In this document: piece by piece, positions 26,567 to 35,057 of the stretch
How the letters are laid out: each line of letters begins with the position of its first letter
How positions within the stretch are numbered: the first letter of the stretch is position 1
From: a virus
DNA: 64,000 bases
Reading direction: 5' to 3' (one strand)
Virus record (IMG/VR): IMGVR_UViG_3300044911_002386
Span: 103,812-167,811 of that record
The notes under the pieces: model-generated
Database searches by the model: none
What the model was told of the DNA's origin: nothing
Seen by the model: the letters and a program-made list of their open reading frames with translations, nothing else
Program-made: the position numbers and the translations under genes

Positions 26567-27244
26567 TCAGTAAAATTTCTTGTTTTTGTCGAAGTAAACT
26601 TTCTTAAAACGCGCCCATTCTTCTTTTACCGGGTCCCATTTGAAACCGCGGGCGAGTTCTTCTTTTGCCACCGCAGGGTCAACGGCTTGACCAGCACGGA
26701 CCCCGACGGTAGGCGGACTAGCAATCCACTTGCCGCTATCGTCTTTCATTTGATTCATGTACTCGTAAAAATCGTCATTTCTGGGGCCGGCAATCAAAGT
26801 TTTTTCTTCAAAGGTTTCATCGAGTGTACGCGGATGTATTTTATTGATCGTGCTATACACCGGATTTTTTATGCCTTTCTGGGGCATGCGCCGTGCGTAA
26901 CGTTCAATTTCTTTAAACCGAGCAAAGTCTCGTTTCGTGTGGGTCGGTGCTTGACCAATAATCGCGTCACGCCAGTCTAAAGAACGATAGTCTGGCATAA
27001 GTGCGTCTTCTAATTTGTATTTAAGCGCTAATCCCAGCCCGGGAGTTTTGTACTCAGCAAGTCCGCCGGTTAAACCGCCGGCGCCAGCACCAATCAACGC
27101 GTTACGCAGCCGATGCTTTTTAGATGTCAAAGCCCCGGCACCCGCGCCGACCGCGGTACCTGCTAACGGCAATAGCAAATTTGGTGCGACCATAGGAGCA
27201 CGCAAACTTGAAGCGATTTTCTGCCCAAAAGAATATGGTGTCAT
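26567..27244 (-). CDS. Gly-zipper protein with PYSFG.KIA leader
   Basis: MTPYSFGQKIAS; GTAVGAGAGAL..RLRNALIGAGAGGLTGG. Confidence 0.75.
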   Translation of the reverse strand: MTPYSFGQKIASSLRAPMVAPNLLLPLAGTAVGAGAGALTSKKHRLRNALIGAGAGGLTGGLAEYKTPGLGLALKYKLEDALMPDYRSLDWRDAIIGQAPTHTKRDFARFKEIERYARRMPQKGIKNPVYSTINKIHPRTLDETFEEKTLIAGPRNDDFYEYMNQMKDDSGKWIASPPTVGVRAGQAVDPAVAKEELARGFKWDPVKEEWARFKKVYFDKNKKFY

Positions 27245-27253
27245 GTTTTTACT

Positions 27254-27811
27254 TCACGCGTGGGGATCACCGGGGCCCATCGGTCCGTCGTTGGACGACG
27301 CATCAAAATCAGACGCGTTAGGGAAGCGAATATCAATCGGCCTGTCGGGTCCGAACTGCGGCTTCGGCGGCGGCATCCGCAAGGCCGGCGCTTTAATACG
27401 CTGGCCAATCGTCCTAGCCTGCCGGTCAACGCTTTGACCCATCGGTGTTAACTTAGCCACATTGTCGCCACGAGTCAGTTCAGCCTTTGATTTGCCGGTA
27501 AACAATCCGCGGGCAAAGTTGTAGGCGTCATTCGTAGCGTTCGGTGCATACTGATCGGCTGCGACGCCGCCAGCACCGCCCAAAAGACCGCCGCCTAATG
27601 CACCACGCAGCATAGCCGCCAAACGGCTTCGGGGCTGCTTGCTCATCAGCCGGCCCTCATCGTCATACTCTTCTTCAGAGCCAGGGGCAGCGAAACCATA
27701 CAGGCCGCCCAGTGCAGCACCTAAGCCAGCACCCGGAAGAACGTTCGAGCCAAACTTATAAGCAGCGGTCTTTTCTTTTTCTTTCACGGCTTTCTCCTTT
27801 GATGTATTCAC
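27254..27811 (-). CDS. Gly-zipper protein with KTAAYKFG leader
   Basis: GAGLGAALGGLYG..RLAAMLRGALGGGLLGGAGG. Confidence 0.75.
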   Translation of the reverse strand: MNTSKEKAVKEKEKTAAYKFGSNVLPGAGLGAALGGLYGFAAPGSEEEYDDEGRLMSKQPRSRLAAMLRGALGGGLLGGAGGVAADQYAPNATNDAYNFARGLFTGKSKAELTRGDNVAKLTPMGQSVDRQARTIGQRIKAPALRMPPPKPQFGPDRPIDIRFPNASDFDASSNDGPMGPGDPHA

Positions 27812-27820
27812 TCAACTAGT

Positions 27821-30800
27821 TTACACGTTCGTTGGCTCTGTACCGTCTAAATACAGCGTGCCGATGATATTTGCCGATACGCAGCAACCCCCCACGTCGC
27901 CGTTTTCTTGCGGGGCTAATATTTCTTGAGGCGTTTCATTTGGCACCCAGACCGGAGCACTTTGCATAGACATGGCATTAGCGGCTGGGCGCTCTGCTGT
28001 TTCCATAAAATGTGCCTTAAATGTTTCGTTTGTCTGGCACAGCCGATAACCCATGTCAAGCAAAGCGCCAACCGATACATTTGTTCGCACATTATTATTG
28101 CGATCATATGACATGAGTTCGCCAGGCACGCCGGGTAGCCAAGATTGGCAGTTTGTAGACGCGTGCTCCCAGTGCAAACCAACAGCCCCCGACAGGCTGT
28201 AAGGCCATACCGAAAGTAACGGGATGTGAGTAAAAACGCGCCTATCAAGCGAGTTGCGTAATCGCACGTGTTCTTGATAGCCGATGAGTGCGTTTTTAAA
28301 AATTGTGCCAGAAAGAAGATATTTGCTAGGGCACCACGTCGGCTGTGTTACGCCGGTATTCCACGTAGACGATGAGCCAATACCCAGCGCATGCCCCAAC
28401 TCATGCGCCAGTACCGCAGTACTTTGGGTGTACGCTAAATTTCGAGTAATCATACACGAGACAGGCACAACATAACCGCCACTTGCCGTAACAATTAGGG
28501 CGAAGCTGGCCGCGCAGTTTGCTGCCCAGTACTGGCCCGGCTCATTCGTATCTTGGCTGCTGATAACAACGCCAGAAAAACTAAGATAACCCGCTAACGC
28601 GGTATACACGGCAGCCGGTAACGCTACTACGGTATTCCAGTAGCCGCCGGCACTTATGTAATCCCGTTTAAGTTGCGCCGCGCTGGAAGGCATCGCGTTA
28701 ATGTTTACAAAATTCCAAAGTGGTCGTGGCACGATGTTCGTAAACGTCTGCAGCGGTTGCCCGTAACCAGAGAATTTACCTGCGTTCACGCCCAGGCCTA
28801 AAAACGACGGAACAATTCGGAAGTCATACGATCTGTTATTTTCCAGCGGTGCCCCGGCATGTGACGTTACATCAATCCAGGTTGTCTGCGGCGGCACAGT
28901 TCTAAGGCGAGTGTAAATCGCAGCCTGATCATTTGCCGCAGGTGATATTCGCGAAAAAATGTCATAGCCACTAAAGTTGGACGGCATCGGGGCATTCGGC
29001 GCTTCCCACGCGAGCAGAACGCGCTTATCCCCGTGATGCCAACGTGCGTTTCTAGGTCGGCTAGAGAACGACATAGATTTACCCTGCGAGACAAACAAAC
29101 CAGCGCCGGTATCTTGATATGGGCCGATGTGCAAGTGCCCGGGAGCCGCACCGACGTTGACATTATTTAATTGCATTCCACTGGGGTAATTGAAGTATTG
29201 CAGGCCTACTTCAAGTGAAATCGAATTTAAATTGAAAGCCCGCATACGGCCAGGAGTTCGCCAGCCAGAGTTGTAGTACGCATTTTCAAGGCAGTAGATT
29301 AAGCCGTTCTCGTCAAGGCCGACGCCGGTCACATTGCCGTTAAAATTTTTCTTCCCTACGATATCGTTTGACGTGCAGTTAATTACAAACAACGAGCCAT
29401 TTTTCATGGTACGAATTGGTGTGCCGGACGAATCATTTGCAATAATCTCTTCAGGGTTATTGCGTCCGCCAGCAATCAGAAGATTTCTCGCCTCGGCCAG
29501 GCTCAGATACAGCCCGCGTGTTTTGCCGTAGCCATACACGCCGTCTGAGGGCAGCACAATTGTCGATACGCCTGTGCCGGCCGCGCCTCCGCTAAACGCC
29601 GTTGCTAAGTTAATGACTTTAATGCCGGCGTCTTCGGTTGCTACATAAAGCCGATTCAATGCTTTATGCACGCACACGTCGTACAGAGCTACGCCCAGAT
29701 CAATTGAACCTACGATCTGTTTCGTTGCCACATTAATGGCTTTGATTGTGCCGTAATTTCTTTCTGTGACATACAATATGCCTGTCGCTGTGTTGTACGA
29801 CACACCGCTATACAACTCAGTGCGGCCGGCTGTTTTAACGTCAATTGTGTCGGTTACAGCCGAAGTGGCTACGTCAACGATAGAAACAGTCCCGTCTCCG
29901 CTATTGACGACAAAGACTTTTTGATTGGGCTGATTTACCCCGTCGGCGCCAATGACGCCTTCCAGTGTTGTCGTCATGCCGCGAAACGGCGGATACGCAT
30001 CAGAGCCACGGCCAACAGTGATGGTCGTGCCGCCGGTCCAACTCAAAGTTGTTCCGCCGCGCCGAACAACCAACGTGTTCCCGGTTAAAGGAAGTTGGTA
30101 CAGCCGGTGCGGCAACTGGTCGATTGTCGTACCGGCAGGCAACGAAGGCCGCGTGATGTGCTTGGTCGTAACAATAGGGAGCACAGTATTTATCGGCGGG
30201 TTCGGCAGTTGCGCCGAGTACATTGGATAGTGCCAGACAACATTGCTACTGAGCGTGTATCGGGTTGTAAATCCGGCACTGGTTGGTGGTTCTTCACCGA
30301 CGTTGGTGCCTACCATCACCCACGGCCCCATTATTGTCGGTTGCGTGGGCTCGCTGAACGCCGCAAGTAATTCACCTGGCCGAGGATTCGTGCTTGTTAC
30401 CGGCGGCGTGTATTTACGCTGTACAGCAAAAATGTAATTTGTGAAGTTCTGCAGTCCGCTGACCAAAGTACCCTCGTTGGAGACTATAGCGTTGCGGACA
30501 GCCAGCCGCCATGGCTTTGACAGCGCTGTGGTGTAGTAAATATCTGCAAGCGTCACAGGCGTCCGGGCTGAATAATAACCGTCGCCGCCCGTAGGGCCTG
30601 AAACCCAGCGAACGCGTATGCCGCCAGGGGCAGGCGTAGCCGTTACGTTTGTAGCCGGTGAAAGGCTCGCCGCTAGCGGGGCCACTTCAATCGGGTCGCT
30701 ATAGTTGTTGCCGCACTCGCTGTTACGGGAGACGCGCACTCTGTACGTCGCCGGTTTGCCATTGATGGTTTTCGCCCAAAGTCGTAATCGCACGCCAAGA

Positions 30801-31561
30801 CCCGGCGTTATGAAGGTGCCGCCTATGTTCGGCGGATTTGGAATTACATTGCCGCCAATGACCTCCGCGTCTAACCACGTATTGGGCAGCGCCGGATCTT
30901 CGTACCAAACGCGATATGACTTGATGTCTTCAGCAATAGGCTGGTCAGGCGGTAACCACGTGAGGTCAACAGCGTTCAATAACGAAAAAGTGTTCGACCA
31001 GCGCGGCTTCGAGGGGGGAACACTGCACGGCGGCGGCGGAAGTGAACTTACGGGAGTCAACGGTACAGTCCAAACTGGCACTTCGGGAGACAATGCGCTT
31101 TCAATTTGCACGTCTTCGTTGTCGATCACAGCGCTCACGGCAGCGTACTGCAGCAGCCGCTCGGGCCAGCCTTGGCTAGACGTGCGTTCTGCCATCAGCG
31201 TCCAGCCAGCCGGATATGCCGCCGGATTAAAACTGGCGGTTGAACTGCAGTCTGCTAATGTTGGCGCGTAAAAACCGTTGCACTCAACATTAAAATTGAC
31301 GGCTGCGATATAGCTGCTTCCGGCATACTGCACGATGTCATTCACGCTGTAAGATGTCTCTGCGTCCCATTCGCCACGAGCGGGGTACAGCAATCCCATG
31401 TCGATAAGGTCGGCTTCCGCGACAGTATCGTGCAGGGTGTACGCAGTCGTTGACGGTAAACGCTTATAGACTTTGTAATGCGTGGCACCAGGCACAGCCG
31501 TCCACGTGGTACCCAAGAACTCAACAGACGTAATTGTCGGGGCAGCAATAAAGTCAGACAT
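27821..31561 (-). CDS. large adhesin-like protein: CBM-like + FN3 + YVTN-type beta-propeller + C-terminal zinc metallopeptidase
   Basis: WDAETSYSVNDIVQY; FN3 motifs LTWLPP, VRW, LAWEAP; VFVVNSGDGTVSIVD; HELGHALGI..HWE..ELM (leishmanolysin-like). Confidence 0.75.
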   Translation of the reverse strand: MSDFIAAPTITSVEFLGTTWTAVPGATHYKVYKRLPSTTAYTLHDTVAEADLIDMGLLYPARGEWDAETSYSVNDIVQYAGSSYIAAVNFNVECNGFYAPTLADCSSTASFNPAAYPAGWTLMAERTSSQGWPERLLQYAAVSAVIDNEDVQIESALSPEVPVWTVPLTPVSSLPPPPCSVPPSKPRWSNTFSLLNAVDLTWLPPDQPIAEDIKSYRVWYEDPALPNTWLDAEVIGGNVIPNPPNIGGTFITPGLGVRLRLWAKTINGKPATYRVRVSRNSECGNNYSDPIEVAPLAASLSPATNVTATPAPGGIRVRWVSGPTGGDGYYSARTPVTLADIYYTTALSKPWRLAVRNAIVSNEGTLVSGLQNFTNYIFAVQRKYTPPVTSTNPRPGELLAAFSEPTQPTIMGPWVMVGTNVGEEPPTSAGFTTRYTLSSNVVWHYPMYSAQLPNPPINTVLPIVTTKHITRPSLPAGTTIDQLPHRLYQLPLTGNTLVVRRGGTTLSWTGGTTITVGRGSDAYPPFRGMTTTLEGVIGADGVNQPNQKVFVVNSGDGTVSIVDVATSAVTDTIDVKTAGRTELYSGVSYNTATGILYVTERNYGTIKAINVATKQIVGSIDLGVALYDVCVHKALNRLYVATEDAGIKVINLATAFSGGAAGTGVSTIVLPSDGVYGYGKTRGLYLSLAEARNLLIAGGRNNPEEIIANDSSGTPIRTMKNGSLFVINCTSNDIVGKKNFNGNVTGVGLDENGLIYCLENAYYNSGWRTPGRMRAFNLNSISLEVGLQYFNYPSGMQLNNVNVGAAPGHLHIGPYQDTGAGLFVSQGKSMSFSSRPRNARWHHGDKRVLLAWEAPNAPMPSNFSGYDIFSRISPAANDQAAIYTRLRTVPPQTTWIDVTSHAGAPLENNRSYDFRIVPSFLGLGVNAGKFSGYGQPLQTFTNIVPRPLWNFVNINAMPSSAAQLKRDYISAGGYWNTVVALPAAVYTALAGYLSFSGVVISSQDTNEPGQYWAANCAASFALIVTASGGYVVPVSCMITRNLAYTQSTAVLAHELGHALGIGSSSTWNTGVTQPTWCPSKYLLSGTIFKNALIGYQEHVRLRNSLDRRVFTHIPLLSVWPYSLSGAVGLHWEHASTNCQSWLPGVPGELMSYDRNNNVRTNVSVGALLDMGYRLCQTNETFKAHFMETAERPAANAMSMQSAPVWVPNETPQEILAPQENGDVGGCCVSANIIGTLYLDGTEPTNV

Positions 31562-31591
31562 AAGCCATCCTTGCTAAAGATTGGGTTTCAA

Positions 31592-32200
31592 TTAGTTGCG
31601 GGCTTGGGCAACTAACTGCCCAAAGGCAAACGCGCTGAGTTTCTTCATCATGGGCTGCGGAACTGCCTTCATCGGCGGATTCTTTTGCTCAGCCGGTGCG
31701 GTCGCCGAATCTGGTTTCCGCGGCGTGCCCTGCGAACCCTGCCAGTTCTTAGCCGTCGCATCAGACTTCGGCAACGTACGGGAACCAATCAAGCCACCCG
31801 GACCAGTCTTTGAGTAATCAAAGCCTTTCCAGTTTTCGTTTCCCGCGCCCATCTTATTGAAGATGCCTTTGTTTACAGGGGCTGGTACGGGTTTCGGGGC
31901 AGCTGCTCCAGGTTGCGGCACGCCAACTGGAGACGTTGCAGGCTTGGGCTGGAACATGCTACTGAAAATGCTGGGTTGCTGGTTCTTCGGTGCCTGGCCC
32001 GCTTGTGCCGCTGCGGCTGCACCCAGAGCTAACGGCGCCCGGCGGCCAGCAAAATTACCGCCTTCTTTGTTCATGCCAAATTCGCCCGGCGTGCATTGCT
32101 TGTGCGACTCATACACTTCCTTGGGCTTTCCGCCTTCAACGCTTTCAGCGGCTTCGTAAACTTTGGCGGCTTTGGTTAACAGTTTGGGATCGATGGGCAT
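31592..32200 (-). CDS. low-complexity protein with KAA near the N-terminus and C-terminal KLSAFAFGQLVA motif
   Basis: 202-aa ORF, AAGGA RBS. Confidence 0.7.
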   Translation of the reverse strand: MPIDPKLLTKAAKVYEAAESVEGGKPKEVYESHKQCTPGEFGMNKEGGNFAGRRAPLALGAAAAAQAGQAPKNQQPSIFSSMFQPKPATSPVGVPQPGAAAPKPVPAPVNKGIFNKMGAGNENWKGFDYSKTGPGGLIGSRTLPKSDATAKNWQGSQGTPRKPDSATAPAEQKNPPMKAVPQPMMKKLSAFAFGQLVAQARN

Positions 32201-32230
32201 GGTAGTTCCTTTTTTTAGATGTCAGACGTT

Positions 32231-33823
32231 TCAGTGTACTAAATATTGCAGATACTTTGCGACAGATTCTGGCTCCGGCTTTGGTTCTTTCTTCGGCGGC
32301 TCAACATACTTGTCATGTAAGTTGTTATAAATCCCGGCCGTTACGGCACCAGCTAAGGCGATCGGTGCCTTGCCCGCGATAAAGTTTACAAACTCATGGT
32401 TGCCGGCATTTTCGCTGGCTGTTTGCAGTTTCCAGCCGGGATAGCCCCCCAAAAGCAACCCACCGCCCGTCGAGGCCAGGGCAGTACCGAGCAGACGGCC
32501 CATAGACGCGCCAGCTTGTTTCTGTGCATACGTTGCCAGGCTTGCTTTAAACAGGGTGGCCGCACTGCATTTGCAATTCCATTTCCGCAGTGATTTGTTA
32601 ATCCGCGAATCAGGATCTTTCTTGGTTTTAGCACCAGTGTTTACGCGCTTCATGCCGCACATGCGTGAGCAGAACGAGTTTTGCCGCTTGTCTCGTTCGC
32701 CTTTAGGATTGGACTCTGTGACCGGGGCTTTGAGATTGCCACCGGTAGCGTTGTTGTAACTCGCCCGGCCCTTGGCGTTCAGGCCGCCTTCTTCGTTCTT
32801 GCCAGCACTGCGTTGCCAGGCTGGAGTGCCAGCACTCTTCATCCGCTCGTCATAGTCTAGGTCTTCAGGATCAGGGATGTTGGAATTATCAAGACTCATC
32901 AGCCACGCCAGCACCTCGTTATTGTTAGCCTGTTTCTTGAGGCCGTAGCATGAGCCATTCTTTTGTCGGCACGAGCACGACGCAGGGCAGGTGCATTCGT
33001 TTACTTTTTGGCCACAGCCGCAGGAGCACTTCTGGGCGGCCATCTTCGCGCCCGGAGCATTGGCTGTTCCTAAAGACGCATTGCCATTGAATGCACCGGA
33101 CATCGAGATCCCGCCAAAAGAGTTGATGGGATTCGACTGGGGAGAGCCGCCCTTACCATTCACAGAAGGCAGCCCGTTTTGCTGGGGCTGTGGCGGCTGG
33201 GCTTGCTGTGGTGCTGCAGGCTGGGCTGGGGCAGGAGCCTGTGCCATACCAATAGGGGGAGGAATATTCGCCGAGGGCATAGCGTATCGCTTGACGTTAA
33301 CATTTTGCGGCACACGGACGGCATCTCGGGCCGCTTCTCTTGCCCGAGCATCTTCAATCATCTGTTGAATTCTCGGCGCCAAGACAGCCGCCAACTTATT
33401 TACAAGCGGTGTTTCTTGCATACTTGGCGGAGTGGCTGTGGCGTTCTCCGTGCGGGACTGCCCAATACTGCCCTCATCTTCCGCCTCTGGTTTTGGCGCT
33501 TTCTCAATATGTTTTTCACCTGCAGAAGACGGTTCATGACCCGTTGGCATCACGATATGTTCCATCTTTGAGTTAGCTAACTTCGTGCCGAGGATACTTT
33601 CAGATGTATAAACCTGGTTTTGGGCATTTGTTAAATTATTTCCGATTGCAGCCCGAAGAACTGCGAAAACATCGGCTTTTTTCATGGTTTCATCCTCGGA
33701 ATTAACTTTAGCGTACATGGGCAGGTTTTTATTTGATTCTGGATAGTCCTTGGCCCACTTCTTAGCGAGTTCGGGATGCGTAGCCCAGAGGTAACGGCGC
33801 TGCTTTTCAGACCTAAACGGCAT
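32231..33823 (-). CDS. modular protein: MPFRSEKQRRY module + Pro/Gln linker + metallothionein-like Cys cluster + DUF6321-like module + Gly zipper
   Basis: Junctions KKA, KLA, KMAA, KQA, KSA, KQA; AWQRSAGKNEEGGLNAKGRASYN..SFCSRM..DPDSRINKSLRKWNC. Confidence 0.8.
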   Translation of the reverse strand: MPFRSEKQRRYLWATHPELAKKWAKDYPESNKNLPMYAKVNSEDETMKKADVFAVLRAAIGNNLTNAQNQVYTSESILGTKLANSKMEHIVMPTGHEPSSAGEKHIEKAPKPEAEDEGSIGQSRTENATATPPSMQETPLVNKLAAVLAPRIQQMIEDARAREAARDAVRVPQNVNVKRYAMPSANIPPPIGMAQAPAPAQPAAPQQAQPPQPQQNGLPSVNGKGGSPQSNPINSFGGISMSGAFNGNASLGTANAPGAKMAAQKCSCGCGQKVNECTCPASCSCRQKNGSCYGLKKQANNNEVLAWLMSLDNSNIPDPEDLDYDERMKSAGTPAWQRSAGKNEEGGLNAKGRASYNNATGGNLKAPVTESNPKGERDKRQNSFCSRMCGMKRVNTGAKTKKDPDSRINKSLRKWNCKCSAATLFKASLATYAQKQAGASMGRLLGTALASTGGGLLLGGYPGWKLQTASENAGNHEFVNFIAGKAPIALAGAVTAGIYNNLHDKYVEPPKKEPKPEPESVAKYLQYLVH

Positions 33824-33915
33824 GACTGTATTTCCCAAGCTAGAGTGCCGCCATTTTCGCAAATACAGCGGGAAAAGAAAAGGGAGATGTTATAGTTAGT
33901 TAAAAGGAGTTACCA

Positions 33916-34251
33916 ATGAAAGTGCTTAGAATGTTATTGGTGGCCCTGATAGCGAATGTCTGTGGGGGCGGGGAATCGCTGGTTGTGTTCAGTGCCTCGT
34001 GGTGCGGTCCTTGCCAGCAATTTAAACAAGACCTCGTTGAAGATCCCGAACTAATAGCCGGCTACGAAATAGACGTTATTGACGTAGATCTGCTCCCCGA
34101 TATGGCTGCAGACTTTACTGTTAAATCCTATCCCACGTTTATTGTTGTCAAAGTAGACGACGACATATTAAAGCCAGAGAATGAAATCCGGCGCGAAATC
34201 GGGTACACAGGGCCAGGGAAGTTTAAACGCTGGCTGCTGCGAAACCGCTGA
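33916..34251 (+). CDS. thioredoxin-like protein with signal peptide
   Basis: FSASWCGPC, SYPTF cis-Pro loop; AAGGAG RBS. Confidence 0.9.
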   Translation: MKVLRMLLVALIANVCGGGESLVVFSASWCGPCQQFKQDLVEDPELIAGYEIDVIDVDLLPDMAADFTVKSYPTFIVVKVDDDILKPENEIRREIGYTGPGKFKRWLLRNR

Positions 34252-34287
34252 TAGCTAAAAAAAACCGCCCAAGTGTTAGTTGGGCGG
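34249..34287 (-). terminator. intrinsic terminator followed by TAGCTATCA
   Basis: CCGCCCA/TGGGCGG hairpin, T8 tract, then AGCTATCA on the minus strand. Confidence 0.8.
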
Positions 34288-34311
34288 CGGTGGTTAGTGG
34301 TGCCGTAGTGC

Positions 34312-34515
34312 TTACTTCGCCACCACGGTTTTTCTCAGATCGACAATTTGCTGCTGGAGGTGACCGATCTCCAGAAACAACTTGTCAATTAACTGCCGGT
34401 CACGTTCACTCCGATCAATCAACTGAAGGATAGCCCTAGTAGCCGTCATCGGTGTGTGCCGAGTGTGGCCCGTAATCACGTCCACACCGCACCACTCAAT
34501 CATATTGTTAGACAT
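34312..34515 (-). CDS. small hypothetical protein (cassette 1)
   Basis: AGGAG RBS; lies between promoter motif and terminator. Confidence 0.7.
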   Translation of the reverse strand: MSNNMIEWCGVDVITGHTRHTPMTATRAILQLIDRSERDRQLIDKLFLEIGHLQQQIVDLRKTVVAK

Positions 34516-34552
34516 GCATATGTCTCCTGTGATGGTTAAGGGGCCTCATAAC

Positions 34553-34579
34553 ATATGCCAGGTTTTTACCCGTTATTTA
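34553..34579 (-). promoter_or_regulatory. putative phage promoter TAAATAA-N13-GGCATAT
   Basis: One of four copies with an identical 13-nt spacer length, each upstream of a transcription unit. Confidence 0.75.
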
Positions 34580-34588
34580 ACTAATCGT

Positions 34589-34630
34589 TGATAGCTAAAA
34601 AAAGGGGTGAGCACACGTGACGCCCACCCC
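34589..34630 (-). terminator. intrinsic terminator followed by TAGCTATCA
   Basis: GGGGTG/CACCCC hairpin, T7 tract, AGCTATCA. Confidence 0.8.
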
Positions 34631-34662
34631 AATCGAAGTTTAACCGCTTCGACGGCTGCCGC

Positions 34663-35043
34663 TTACGCGGACGGGATCTGCTCCAGGGCAGCTTCCACCC
34701 GGCGAAGATGCCGAAGCATCTCTTCCTTGCGGATCTCTGCCCGCCGCTCGGCGGCTGCGAGTTCGTTGGCAAGGATTTCGTGGTTCCGGCTGAGATTGAC
34801 GATATCCCGTTTGAGCTCGTCCATCTCGGCTGCGACGGCGTCACTGCCGAAAAGAATGGCCGCGCATCGTGCGAGGCGATGCACCGCGACTTCCGCCAGA
34901 TTGACGAAGTCGTGGCTACGCCGCCTTACGAATCCGATCGTCTCCTCGCGGCCGAAGACGTACGTTGCGACCCATATGGTCGCGAGCACCCACCACGCCA
35001 GGCACGCCATCGGGATCAGCGTATCGACAATCGACTCGACCAT
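34663..35043 (-). CDS. TM + coiled-coil protein immediately downstream of the large RNA
   Basis: Start MVESIV with GGAGG RBS; GC-rich codons. Confidence 0.7.
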   Translation of the reverse strand: MVESIVDTLIPMACLAWWVLATIWVATYVFGREETIGFVRRRSHDFVNLAEVAVHRLARCAAILFGSDAVAAEMDELKRDIVNLSRNHEILANELAAAERRAEIRKEEMLRHLRRVEAALEQIPSA

Positions 35044-35057
35044 GGGATCGTCCTCCA

